Both the position numbers and the translations under genes were made by a program. A DNA stretch of 64,000 bases from Macrostomum lignano (taxonomy: Eukaryota): NCBI GenBank assembly GCA_002269645.1, contig NIVC01000319.1, positions 434,001 to 498,000 on the forward strand, in the 5' to 3' direction. The notes under the pieces are model-generated. The model was given only the letters and a program-made list of their open reading frames with translations, was not told the origin of the DNA and made no database searches. Every line of letters begins with the position of its first letter. The stretch's first letter is position 1. Of this stretch, positions 1 through 12,479 are shown piece after piece.

Positions 1-692
1 AGGAGGGAGAGGAAAGAGTAAATGTAAGAAGAGGGGAGAGATGAGACAGAGGATCGATGAGAGGAAAGTAGAGAAGAGTGAGAAGAGAGTAGAGATGAGA
101 GAGCAGAAAGAAGATGACAGAGGGTCAAGAGGAGGAGAGGAGAGGAGAGAGTAGAAAGGATAAAGAAGAGAGGAGATAAGAGGGGGAGAGAGGAGTGAGA
201 AGAGAAGAGATAGAGATAAGAGAGGGGTGTAAGAAGAGGGGAGAAAGGAGAGATGAGATTGTAGAGATGAGACAGATTAAAGGAGAGATGAGAGAGTAAA
301 GATGAGAGATGAAAAAGGTGAGAGGAGAGTGCAGAGAGACGAGAGAAGACAAGAGAGGGAGACAGTATAGAAGAGGGAAGAGAAGAGAAGAGGAGAGGAG
401 AAAGGAGAAAGGAAAGAGAGGAGTCAGAAGAGGTGAAAGAGAAGAGTACAGAGGAGATAAGTGAGAGAACGTATAAGAGAGTAAAGATGACAGATGAGAG
501 AGCAGAGATGAGGGTGAACAGACGAGAGATGGGAGAGTAGAGAGAACAGAGGAGAGAGAAGAGAGAAGAGATTACAGAGACTAGAGGAGAGAGGAGAGAC
601 AGGGAGAGAGAAGAGGAAATAGGAGAATGAAGAGGGGAGAGAGTAGAGAGGAGAAGAGAGATGGGAGAGGAGAGATAAGAGAGAGAGAGAGT

Positions 693-723
<31 letters not shown>

Positions 724-1190
724 CGCAGAGCAGAGAGAAACGAGAAGAGATAAGAGAGAAAAGATAAAAGAATAGAAAGGAGAGATGAGAGAGTAGAGGA
801 GAGAGTTAAGAGATGAGAGAAAAGAATAGAGAGGAGAAGGAAGAGACGAGAGAGAAGAGGGGGAGAGAGGAGAGAGGAGAGGAGGGTCAACGAGAAACGA
901 AAACGAAAACGAAAAAGTAGAGAGGAGGGAGGAGAGGAGAGAGAAAAGAAGAGGGAATTGAGATGAGATAAGAGATATGAAAGAGAAGAAAGATGAGGGA
1001 GGATACGAAAGAAGATGGGAGAGAGGAGAGAGGAGAGCAGAGAGAAAACAAAAAGTAGAAAGGAGAGAGGAGAGGAGAGAGAAAAGAATAGGGAAGAGAT
1101 GAGGGAAGATATGAGAGAAGAGAGGAGAGAAGAGAGAGGAGAGACGAGGGACAAGAGAGAAGAAAGGAAACAGAAGAGACGATAGAAATT
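1..1190. repeat. GA-rich low-complexity polypurine tract
   Basis: Almost only A/G (GAGA, GGAGA, AAGAG) with no fixed unit. The minus-strand Leu/Ser-rich ORFs are artefacts of it. Confidence 0.9.
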
Positions 1191-1942
1191 TTAAAGGATC
1201 CAAGGGACATAGGGAGAGTACATATTGGCCAGAGTTTGCCAATACATGTTTTAGAGTCAGACAGACATTGCCTGACATTCTGCGCAGTACCCCAGCCAAC
1301 AATATCAACGTTTGCCTCAAACCCTAATTTTACACGAATGTGCTCCATTTTATGTCTACCTCTATCCTACTAACTATTAACAAGTTTTTGTTTGTGTATG
1401 GCCTTAGATTTCAGAATACATGCAAAAGTAGTTCCGGGTATTGGAATTCCCCGGGTTCAAAATCCGCGGGTTTCAACAGCTTGTTCATATTTATTTGGAA
1501 AATTGGTATATGCTCGTAAAACTCCACAATTGGAAGTGGGTCAAATTCGAAAAACAATGTTTTTTAATGCTTGAAATCAAGTATTCGAATTTTTTATTTG
1601 AATTTGAACGCACCCCATGGGGCTTAAGAGAGCTTATATAAAACTTCAAACGATGAAAAATTCGATTTTAAAGTGGGTCAAATATTCGAAGAATTGTGTT
1701 TTTTATTGCTTTCAATGTTTGAATTTTGAATTTGAATGCCTCCGTGGGGGCTTATTGCGCCAATGCGCTGGTATTCTCTAATTTTATTTAGTCTTATTAT
1801 TTTCACGAGAAGCCTTCGAAAATTTGCGCAGTATTTTGACTGTTTCGAACTTTATTCGTCAGTGCAATTGTCAGTGCAATTGTTTTACTGTTTTCCTATG
1901 CAGCGACAGAGAACATATGATTCATAATTCTCTGCATTGCAG

Positions 1943-4900
1943 GCACGGGAGAGTCGGGCAAGTCGACTGTCCGCAAGCAGATGCAGATCATTCACATCAA
2001 CGGTTTCAGCAACAAGTGGGTCGCAGACTGCAGCTCAGTGTTGTTTCTTGCTTGTAAAATATTTAATGTTTCGACATAATTTAAGCAAAAATATAACTTT
2101 GCAGAGAGCGCCTGGAGCTGCTGCCCTACATGCGAAGAAATATCCGGGATTCCATAGCGGTGAGAATGTTCACCTTGCGGCCTGTGTGTACTGGCAGAAG
2201 TTGATTGGCTGAAGCCGCCAGCCAATGGGAATAGCTGGGTGGAACGCGGAGTGAGGTAGGCGCGACCCCTACCCGTCAGTGAGCGCCGATTGGTTGGTTG
2301 GTGGCTGGGTTTTTTCTAAGATTGGAAATCCAGTTGCCAGCTGGCCCTTGGGGCTCAAAATCCAGTGCAAGTTGCCAATGCCTATTTTTGGTTGCCCATT
2401 GGAGGATGGATGGATATCGAGGATGGATATTTCCAGGGCTACGTTTGAAAAGCAGAAATTTGTTCCCTTAACTCTAAGATTGCTATCTATGCTGCAAATA
2501 ATAACAAACTAACAATTCCATCATATGATCATATCAATTTATATGGCACTTTTATTACACTTACAAAATCATTTTTTGAAATCGGCAACTGGTACAGGGA
2601 AAATGTAGTTGCCAGATTGGCCTCTGATACCTAAAATCCAGTTGCCAATGAAATTTTCAAGGGGCCAAAAAACTCCGTATGGCCCAAAAAACCCAGGTTG
2701 GTGGTCTGTTAGGAGATGCAGCCAATGGGAAGCGAGCCACGAAGATTTACGAGTAGGCTGGCCCCTCGACACGCACATGCCTACCGGTGTAAATCTCACT
2801 TCTCATCATATGAACTCCCAATATGAATCCGATCTTATGTATTGTTTGTCAATTAAAATCTTCAAGAACATACTACTGGTGACCGGAAGCAGCCGAGAAT
2901 ACTGTGCCCTTAAACAGACACGAAAAAGTTATTCTTTTTGTCAGAAAACTTAAAAATATATTCTTCCCAAAATATCTACAGAAGCACGTAACTTAAGACA
3001 ATAGCCAATTTTATGTAAGAAGCTGAACATATTTATCTCAGTAGTGCAACTTGATACAAAATGGCAGAGTTTGGAAGAGGAAATTGGAAGAGTTTTGCTG
3101 TCCGCCTGTCAACTTCAGTGCGATTGCCCATAATGCAATAATTTAATTAGTATAATGCGAGTTCTCCACACAGGGCCTGACAGACGACACGCAGGCACTG
3201 CAGCACTTCTGCATCCTGATTGATCACCCAGCAGCAGCAGCAGCAGGGGGAATTTCAATGAAAAAAATAGAAATCATTCGTTTTATCTTTGTTACTTAGC
3301 TACTAATAGAAAAGTGTATTTCTTTTTTCTAATATAACGTGCAGAAAGTAAAGATACGAAATTAAGAAAATGATTCAAGCATTATGTGAAGTGGATAAAA
3401 AAGCTTACTTTTTAGCCAATTTTTGCTGGACTAGGTAAACTTGCAGAAACAGATTACACGCTTTTTGCTTGCAAACATCAAACAAAATTTTATATTCACT
3501 GCCACACTGCATGGACATTCCTTTCATTCCTTAGGAGAAACTGGGTGTTGCTATTAATTTCTTCGAAGCTCATGGTCACTTGCTCTACTTACAGTAAAGT
3601 GACGCGGTGAAGCCGTTTTTGGTAGGTTCAGTTTAGCTCGTACGGATGAAATATCTTAAAGTACATCCGGGATGTGCTGTTGATTCAAACGACGGAGCTT
3701 CACTCCAACCACCAGCCTTTTGGATTAACAAGGAGGGATGGCGCGTGGTCAGGAACTGCTGGGGTTTGACAGATTGCTCTGCAAATTTTCGAATTTTAAC
3801 AATTTTATGTTTACAATTTACATATGCTCGTGTTTAGAGGCAACTAGGCAAGGGTTGAAAGTCTAAAAACGTTTAAAGGAAAAATTATCATTAAGTCTGT
3901 TTATATCTAGTAGTCACCCTGTCGACAGTTGATTGGCGCTCTTCTCCTGACACACCAGTCGCCTGTCACATCAGTTCCCTGTCACACTAGTCCCCTGTCA
4001 CACCAGTCCTCTGTCACATCAGTCCCCTGTCACATCAGTCCCCTGTCACATCAGTCCCCTGTCACACCAGTCGCCTGTCACATCACATCAGTCCCCTGTC
4101 ACACTAGTCCCCTGTCACATCAGTCCCCTGTCACACTAGTCCCCTGTCACATCAGTCCCCTGTCACACCAGTCCTCTGTCACATCAGTCCCCTGTCACAT
4201 CAGTCCCCTGTCACACCAGTCCTCTGTCACATCAGTCCCCTGGCACCCCAGTCCCCTGGCACCCCAGTCCCCTGTCACACCAGTCGTCTGTCACATCAGT
4301 CCCCTGTCACATCAGTCCCCTGTCACACCAGTCCTCTGTCACATCAGTCCCCTGGCACCCCAGTCCCCTGGCACCCCAGTCCCTGATACACCAATCCCCC
4401 GTCACACCAATCCTCTGTCACACCAGTCCCTTCTCACTCCAGTCCACTGTCACTCGAGTCCCCTGTCACTCCAGTCCCCTGTCACACCGGTCCCTGTCCC
4501 TCCAGTCGCCTGCCACACGAGTCCCTGTCACACCAGTCCCCTGTCACACGGCAAGTCCAGCCCACTATCAAGCCACCAGCTCGTCCTCAGCTTGCTCAGA
4601 TTTCACCTCAGCTGTCATGGCGATTCCCGCCTCCCGATCAATAATATCCTTGTCGCTGGGGTCGCCAGACTTGGCCCAAGACGCCACCGCGCCCATCACC
4701 AGGTGGTAAGCCAGCTCCAGCAGCTCGCACAGGGTCAGCAGGCTGCAGCCGATGTACAGGCCGAGGGTTCCGCCCATGTCAGCCAGGAAGGCCACCCATG
4801 AGTAGGAGTAGGCCATGGTGATCTTCGGCGACATGGGACTCTTCACCGAGAGCATGACTTGGATCATGGACTGAGAGACGTAGTGGCGAAAGAACGACTC

Positions 4901-7900
4901 AGTGTGAGCGGAATGGTTTCCTGCAGTGTTGGGAGTGCAGTAGAATCTCTACATGTCAGGCCTGCTATCTCTGGTTAATCAGTTTGGCAAGAATAAATTC
5001 CTCTAGCACTAGGTGCAGATCTGGGGCAGCTCACCCGATGAGAAGTTCTTAGCCAGTTCGATCAGCCGAGCAGTTCCAGGGCAACATTTTTTAAACGACG
5101 CGATGTAGGAACCGAAAAACTTCAGTATAAATCTTGCCAATCCCTTACTCGATCTCGGCCATTTCATTGAAGTGGTCTGGACGGTGTACTTCTTGTACTC
5201 GCAAGGCTGGTGCTTCGTGCAGTGGTCGATCACCTGTTGAGTGTGCTTGTCAATGAAATCTTTCATCTTCTCTTCAATTGACGTTTTCGCACTTGATATG
5301 TTGCTCATGGCGATCTCCGTCATGTTTTCAATCATGGGCACATCCTTCCATTTCCAGGGCTTTGGGTACTGGGAGACGAGAACCTTGAACCGGTTTTCCA
5401 ACAGGGTGCTCATGTGGATGAAGAAGCAGGCGCCTCGGCTGTTCTTGTACTCCTTCTGTGCACCGGTCAGCTGGTCCTGGAACTCCGGCTTGGCTTGGCT
5501 CGGGTTACAGTACGTTCCGTGCAGCTCTGAGCTGAACTCTTTGTCTTCCATTTCGAGTGAGATCTCGTACTGCCTGCCTGCAGCCAGGCTCACTTTGGTC
5601 TCGTGCAGCGGTGAAGGATACGCGCCTCTGGGCACCACCTGCAGATTGTAGCCCAGGCTGGACAGGCCGTAATACCCGTCTGTTGTCTGCCAGTCCTCGA
5701 ACGGCACGCTCTCGTTGTTGAACGGGTTGGTAATCGGATTGATGGCCGCGCCCCCATAGTTGAAATCGGAATTGTGAGGGTCTACGAACGGCCAGGCAAG
5801 CACGTTGGACCGCCTGTAGTTGAGATTATCGTATTCCTCTTCCGGCAAGTTCACCTTGAAACAAACTTCGTTGTTCGGGTGGAGAAATGTCGTTATACCA
5901 GTTTGGAACTTGCTCTGAGACAGCGACGAGTGCATCACGGCAGGAGGAATTAGAAACGCCTGCAGCCTACTCTGCAGTAAGTACTTCTGAAGAATGTGCA
6001 CAGGCATCGACATCTGTATCTTCGACACCCTTGGAAGTGTTTCGTGAGGCCCAGTACACAATTTGGAGTCATTTTCGCAGTAGAGCCTGTCATAGAGCCG
6101 GTTCAGCCTCTCAACCTCATCATTTACGATCTTGGCCTCATTCTCCTGCAGCGTGTAGGGAATGCTGCCTGAGTAGATCAGACTCGGACACAGGTAGAGG
6201 TCCGGGAACTCGAATGGAACCTTCTCTGCCTCATAAGTCTGGTCGATGGTGATGTTGATGAGCTTCTCAATGAGACTCCAGGAGCTCCTGCAGCAGAGAA
6301 CCAGAAACACAAGGAACAGGACGGTCCACATGATCTTAAGTGCGATCGACCGGGCGCCAACAGCTCTGCCGATTCCGTGAGCACTGCTTTCAGCGATGGC
6401 CGCCGCTACGATACTCCTTGTTGACATGGTTGAAAAAAGCTGGAGTGAATTTTTTGTTAAACTTTGGGAAACTGGAATATTGGGAACAGGAAAAATACTG
6501 CCTTCTATTTATCAGTGCGCTTTTGAAGCCAGCTCAGCAGCTTCCTTTCTGCCCCAACCTTCCCAACCTCATTCATTGGTCAGCGCTGCGTACTTTTTTA
6601 CATTAGTCTGGGAGTAGCGCTTCGGCATCAGTTTCCAGTTCTGTTTACGGCAGCGCCTGTTGTAGGTCGCTGTCTGTACTTTTAGCAGTGCGTTTCGCTC
6701 CGTTGACGGGGCTAAGCTGCAGTAGTCGGGTGCTTTTCCAACAGACTGGGAATATTTCCTATCATTCAGCGGAGTCAGGAATGTTGGCTAGCGCAGCTGG
6801 GAATGCTGTTATCACATCCGGTCAAGCCCCGCCCGCCAAAATGCCCGCAGTGCATTGTTGCCGGCATGCAGAAGCTCGCGCTGGACTTCGACACGCCTGA
6901 CAATCAACGCCTGGGCCGGTGGCTGCTGGAGCTGATGTCGGAGAATCAGACCAGCAACAGCCTGCCGGCCGACCGGGACCCGTTCGACTACTCGCTTGAG
7001 TTCTTCGCCGCCGTGGAGACGCTCTGGCGCGACTCGGGCGTCCAGCTGAGCTACCAGAACTCGAGCAGCTACCAGCTGATTGACTGCGCAAAATAGTGAG
7101 TAGCCGGCGGGCGACAGTGCTGAGTCAAAACTGGCCTGTGACCTCCGTGAATTCCACCTAAAGACAGTTTCCAGGGTTTGCGGCTCCATCCATGACTAGT
7201 ACTTCTGCGATACATTTCTGATTGTGAGATGTTAGACGCTGACTTGAATCAAATCATTGGCTCTCCTGTCCCCTGTCCACCTCGACTCCGAGCGCAGTTT
7301 CCTAGACAGGGTGCGCCAGTTCAGCGACCCGGGCTACACGCCCAGCGATCAGGACATCCTGCGTTGTCGCGTGATGACCAGCGACATCTCCGACATCAAT
7401 TTCGACATTAAAGACGGCGGGCACACGGTTAAGTTTCGGTGAGTGATTTGGCACTCGTTTTGAAATTCTCCAAGCTTGCGACAGTGAAACAGCAGAATGG
7501 GTGACACTTCTAGTAAGCTTGGGTTGAAAAATCATCTTGAATGAATGCAAAATTTCAACTTTGACAGCGTGTTCGACGTGGGCGGTCAGCGTGGCGAGAG
7601 GCGCAAGTGGATCCAGTGCTTCAACAACGTGACGGCCATTCTCTACCTGTGCGATGTGAGCAGCTTTGACCTGATCTTGAAAGAGGACGATGACTCGCCA
7701 ATGCCGAAGAATCGACTGCTGGAGTCGCTCGACACGTTCCAGGAGGTTTGGCTCAACCGCTACCTGCAGGACGTGTCCATCTTGCTGTTCATCAACAAGA
7801 TCGACCAGCTGGAGGAGAAAGTGCGCGCCGGCCGGTCGCCGCAGGCTCTGATCAACCACTGCCTGGAGGCGGAAGCCGCGGCGGCGGCGGCGGCGGCGGG

Positions 7901-9885
7901 TTGTCTCGTCGACCACGACGGTTGCGGGGTGGTCATGGAGCCGGACATGCGAAAGAAGTCGTGCGTCGGCCCCATCAACCTCAGGCGCTTTATTTGCAGC
8001 TTCAGTTTGGAAGCGTTCCAGCCTCCAGGTCAGTTTCCTGAGACTTCGCGGCTGATCCGGGAGCAGAGGAACGGGTCTGGCTCTGGCGCCACGACTCAGA
8101 GTTCAATTGGCCACATCCATTTGGGGCTTGTGCTTTCATGAAGACCAACCCCCAAGTCAAAGAGAGTGCACATACCTGACGATTAGAAAGTTAGGGCCGC
8201 TGTACATTTTGTGTGAGCGTGCGTGTGAGTGCGTGCCTGCGTGTGTGTGAGTGCGTGCCTGCGTGTGTGTGAGTGCGTGTCTGCGTGTGTGTGAGTGCGT
8301 GCCCGCGTGTGTGTGAGTGCGTGCCTGCGTGTGTGTGAGTGCGTGCCTGCGTGTGTGTGAGTGCGTGCCTGCGTGTGTGTGAGTGCGTGCCTGCGTGTGT
8401 GTGAGTGCGTGTGTGCCTGCGTGTGTGCCTGCGTGTGTGTGAGTGCGTGCCTGCGTGTGTGTGAGTGCGTGCCTGCGTGTGTGCCTGCGTGTGTGTGAGT
8501 GCGTGTTTGCCTGCGTGTGTGCCTGCGTGTGTGTGAGTGCGTGCCTGCGTGTGTGTGAGTGCGTGCCTGCGTGTGTGCCTGCGTGTGTGTGAGTGCGTGT
8601 GTGCCTGCGTGTGTGCCTGCGTGTGTGTGAGTGCGTGCCTGCGTGTGTGTGAGTGCGTGCCTGCGTGTGTGCCTGCGTGTGTGTGAGTGCGTGCCTGCGT
8701 GTGTGTGAGTGCGTGCCTGCGTGTGTGTGAGTGCGTGCCTGCGTGTGTGTGAGTGCGTGCCTGCGTGTGTGTGAGTGCGTGCCTGCGTGTGTGTGAGTGC
8801 GTGCCTGCGTGTGTGCCTGCGTGTGTGTGAGTGCGTGCCTGCGTGTGTGCCTGCGTGTGTGTGAGTGCGTGCCTGCGTGTGTGCCTGCGTGTGTGTGAGT
8901 GCGTGCCTGCGTGTGTGTGAGTGCGTGCCTGCGTGTGTGTGAGTGCGTGCCTGCGTGTGTGTGAGTACGTGCCTGCGTGTATGTGAGTGCGTGCCTGCGT
9001 GTGTGTGAGCGCGTGCCTGCGTGTGTGTGAGTGCGTGCCTGTGTGTGTGTAAGTGCGTGCCTGCGAACAGTATTGACGCGCTTGTGTGTGCCCGGGAGTC
9101 AGTGGAATGGGCAGAATCGCCTCAGCCCCGGTTGTGGGACCCATGTCGCCGAAGGCGTTGCGCCAGGATGTGTCACACCTTCCCTGCAGAATCTGACCGC
9201 AGAGACTTCATCACTGCGTTCCCTTGCCTGGAATTGGAGGCGTCTCCAGCTGCAGAGGAATCTGCGGTCCACCCGGAGACGGTCAGATTCGCCTGCTACG
9301 TACAGAGAATCTTTCAGGTGAGCAGCTGACAGCCGAGATCTAATCGGGAAATTTTAGAGATGATGTCAGGCTCTGATGCTCAGGCCGAGGCTGTAGCCTA
9401 GTGGTTAGAGCGTCGGACTCACGACTTGAAGGTTGGGGGCTCGATTTCCGATCCCACTGGAACAATTCGTGTCCTTGAGCAAGACACTCAACTCTGCATT
9501 GCTTCAGTTCAACCAGCTGTAAAATGGGTGCCAGCATTAGCTGGGGTAATTTAAGGGGTGCGAGGCGACCCTTCAGTCTTTGGGCTGAACGCAGTACGCA
9601 GCCTTCAGATGCGCCGCGCAATAACTGCGGCTGAGCTGTCGGTTGCACATCCAGTTGGGGCAGGCGTAATCAGTTATTATTATTATTATTATCGCTCTGA
9701 TGGATAAACAATTCCAGGAAATCGCATCGAGAAAGCGGCGCTCGGAGTACAAATTCGAGTACCACTACCACGCCTGCTACAGCTACTTCACCTGCGCTGT
9801 GAACACCGACAATGTCAAAAAGGTGCTGGAGGGCTGCCGGCGGTTCATCATTGACAAGCATCTCGAGCGATTCGGCATTCTGTGA
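1943..9885 (+). CDS. Heterotrimeric G-protein alpha subunit, Gs class, divergent; first coding exon not found. Exons 1943-2015, 2105-2159, 6851-7095, 7298-7438, 7568-8028, 9190-9317, 9718-9885
   Basis: Motifs [72 protein letters not shown] and C-terminus HLERFGIL*. All introns are GT-AG and phases are consistent. The 73-nt and 55-nt exons match the sizes and positions of GNAS exons 2 and 4 as I recall them. The 8028/9190 junction is the least certain. Confidence 0.92.
2305..2696. mobile_element. Non-autonomous DNA transposon (MITE), probably hAT superfamily
   Basis: 11-bp TIR CTGGGTTTTTT / AAAAAACCCAG flanked by a perfect 8-bp TSD GTTGGTGG (2297-2304 and 2697-2704). Confidence 0.75.
3945..4550. 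repeat. Minisatellite, about 18-bp unit (CAGTCCCCTGTCACAC/TCA)
   Basis: Visible tandem array starting just past the DEG/ENaC stop codon. Confidence 0.9.
4568..6427 (-). CDS. DEG/ENaC (amiloride-sensitive channel family) subunit, 581 aa, two exons (6427-5035, 4920-4568)
   Basis: Pre-TM1 HG motif (ESSAHGI), TM1 [15 protein letters not shown], post-TM1 [24 protein letters not shown], and TM2 [23 protein letters not shown] with a GxS filter. The 114-nt intron TCGG|GTGAGC...CTGCAG|GA keeps the frame. Confidence 0.93.
8205..9062. repeat. Minisatellite, about 22-bp unit GTGTGTGTGAGTGCGTGCCTGC, in a G-alpha intron
   Basis: Visible tandem array. Confidence 0.92.
9383..9692 (+). mobile_element. tRNA-derived SINE, copy 1
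   Basis: A-box-like TAGCCTAGTGG, B-box-like GGCTCGATTTCC, conserved body (GTGTCCTTGAGCAAGACAC...CAGCTGTAAAATGGGT) and (TTA)n tail. A homologous copy lies at 42191. Confidence 0.85.
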
Positions 9886-9939
9886 TCGGGCGGCTCGCTT
9901 GACTGCAGTGGCTGACGGCTTTCGCTCCGATGCGCTCAC

Positions 9940-11665
9940 ACTCCCCCAATCTGCTCCTCCCTCCTCCCCAATCCGCTCCTCCCTCCTACCCAATCCGCTC
10001 CTCCCTCCTCCCCAATCCGCTCCTCCCTCCTACCCAATCCGCTCCTCCCTCCTCCCCAATCCGCTCCTCCCTCCTACCCAATCCGCTCCTCCCTCCTACC
10101 CAATCCGCTCCTCCCTCCTACCCAATCCGCTCCTCCCTCCTCCCCAATCCGCTCCTCCCTCCTCCCCAATCCGCTCCTCCCTCCTACCCAATCCGCTCCT
10201 CCCCCCCCCAATCCGCTCCTCCCTCCTCCCCAATCCGCTCCTCCCTCCCCCAATTTGCTCCTCCCCCAATCCGCTCCTCCCTCCCCCAATCCGCTCCTCC
10301 CTCCCTAATCCGCTCCTCCCTCCCCAATCCGCTCCTCCCTCCCCCAATCCGCTCCTCTCTCCCCCAATCCGCTCCTCCCTCCCCAATCCGCTCCTCCCTC
10401 CCTCAATTTGCTCCTCCCCCAATCCGCTCCTCCCTCCCCCAATCCGCTCCTCCCTCCCCAATTCGCTCCTCCCTCCCCCAATTTGCTCCTCCCCCAATCC
10501 GCTCCTCCCTCCCTCAATTTGCTCCTCCCCCAATCCGCTCCTCCCTCCCCCAATTTGCTCCTCCCCCAATCCGCTCCTCCCTCCCCCAATCCGCTCCTCC
10601 CTCCCAATCCGCTCCTCCCTCCCCCAATCCGCTCCTCCCTCCCCCAATCCGCTCCTCCCTACCCCAATCCGCTCCTCCCTCCCCCAATCCGCTCCTCCCT
10701 TCCCCAATCCGCTCCTCCCTCCCCAATCCGCTCCTCCCTTCCCCAATCCGCTCCTCCCTCCCCAATCCGCTCCTCCCTCCCCCAATCTGCTCCTCCCTTC
10801 CCCAATCCGCTCCTCCCTCCCCAATCCGCTCCTCCCTCCCCCAATCCGCTCCTCCCTCCCCAATCCGCTCCTCCCTCCCCCAATCCGCTCCTCCCTCCCC
10901 CAATCCGCTCCTCCCTCCCCCAATCCGCTCCTCCCTCCCCCAATTTGCTCCTCCCCCAATCCGCTCCTCCCTCCCCCAATTTGCTCCTCCCCCAATCCGC
11001 TCCTCCCTCCCCCAATCCGCTCCTCCCTCCCCCAATTTGCTCCTCCCCCAATCCGCTCCTCCCTCCCCCAATTTGCTCCTCCCCCAATCCGCTCCTCCCT
11101 CCCCCAATCCGCTCCTCCCTCCCTAATCCGCTCCTCCCTCCCCAATCCGCTCCTCCCTCCCCCAATCCGCTCCTCTCTCCCCCAATCCGCTCCTCCCTCC
11201 CCAATCCGCTCCTCCCTCCCCAATCCGCTCCTCCCTCCCCAATCCGCTCCTCCCTCCCCCAATCCGCTCCTCCCTCCCCCAATCCGCTCCTCCCTCCCCC
11301 AATTTGCTCCTCCCCCAATCCGCTCCTCCCTCCCTCAATTTGCTCCTCCCCCAATCCGCTCCTCCCTCCCCCAATTTGCTCCTCCCCCAATCCGCTCCTC
11401 CCTCCCCCAATCCGCTCCTCCCTCCCCAATCCGCTCCTCCCTCCCCCAATCCGCTCCTCCCTCCCCCAATCCGCTCCTCCCTACCCCAATCCGCTCCTCC
11501 CTCCCCCAATCCGCTCCTCCCTTCCCCAATCCGCTCCTCCCTCCCCAATCCGCTCCTCCCTCCCCCAATCCGCTCCTCCCTCCCCCAATCCGCTCCTCCC
11601 TCCCCAATCCGCTCCTCCCTCCCCCAATTTGCTCCTCCCCCAATCCGCTCCTCCCTCCCCCAATT
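9940..11665. repeat. C-rich minisatellite, 19-23-bp unit CCCCAATCCGCTCCTCCCT
   Basis: About 1.7-kb tandem array starting about 55 nt after the G-alpha stop codon. It explains all the Pro-rich and Gly-rich ORFs here. Confidence 0.95.
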
Positions 11666-12479
11666 TACTCTTCTCAGTTCCCAATGCCCGTTCCATCTCC
11701 GCCTCCCAGTTATTCTAGTTCCGCTCTCGTCTATTTCGAGCTCCGCTTCCGCTTTTCATGAAACACTTTGAGCTCGCGGCATCTCAAGCTCGTCGGCTTC
11801 ATCAATAGTTGTAAATTAGAAATTATTAACTGACAGATGACGGCAATGATTAACAAAACATCAAATCCCGCATCGAGCTTTTTTCAACCAAATTCAAATT
11901 GTGATATTCCATATTTAGTAACCAACAAGCTTGCTTCATTACAGCCTTCAGCTTCTGTCAGTGCATAGCCATTTAATTCAGGAACTATTGCTTGACAACT
12001 AAACTTGGATCGTACTTGAAAGCTCGGGGTTGAATGGAACTGCTAAATTCTGAACTTGTGTAACCGAGAAAAGAGTGCACACCCGGAGCAATAAGTGGCA
12101 TTCTCGAGTGACCTACAGGTTTACAAGCCAGTCACATACACATTCACGCCGTACATGAATTATGCGCAAATTTGGGTCAACGATGTACGGTAAAGGTTAA
12201 CCGATTCTGCAGTTAAACTGCTTCAGCATCTTTAGAATGATGGAGTTGTTGAGTTCAGCATCTTTAGAATGATGAAGTGATTGAGTTATTCTACGAGTAC
12301 ATTTACATACAAACTTTGTTTATTCATGACTGCCTCGATCGGTTTATTCCAAAGGGAAATAAATGCTTATCCTCATCCTCAGCTGGACGTCCTCAGCTGT
12401 AGTCTCTCACGCATTCCGTCATCACGCCGACGTCGTCGGCACCTTCAACAGATAGCACTAGGTGACTATGGTTTAGTGC

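Noticed and set aside
125-1348. Minus-strand Leu/Ser-rich ORFs, including a unique-looking N-terminal part at 1190-1348
   Set aside because: They derive from the GA-rich tract. The unique part matches no family I recognise and is not the missing G-alpha exon 1.
1530-1755. Two diverged direct repeats of about 90 bp (AAGTGGGTCAAA...TGGGGCTT)
   Set aside because: No termini or TSD could be defined; probably an old repeat fragment.
7302-7916. Antisense ORFs over GC-rich exons (also 29309-30472, 39517-40233, 43753-44139, 47625-48038)
   Set aside because: They are shadows of real coding exons on the opposite strand and contain no recognisable domains.
9383-9460. tRNA-like sequence (also at 42191)
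   Set aside because: The A/B boxes continue into a shared body and simple-repeat tail with no complete cloverleaf, so these are SINE heads rather than tRNA genes.
9812-11771. Long Pro-rich and Gly/Arg-rich ORFs (up to 649 aa)
   Set aside because: They are stop-free translations of a C-rich minisatellite in several frames on both strands.
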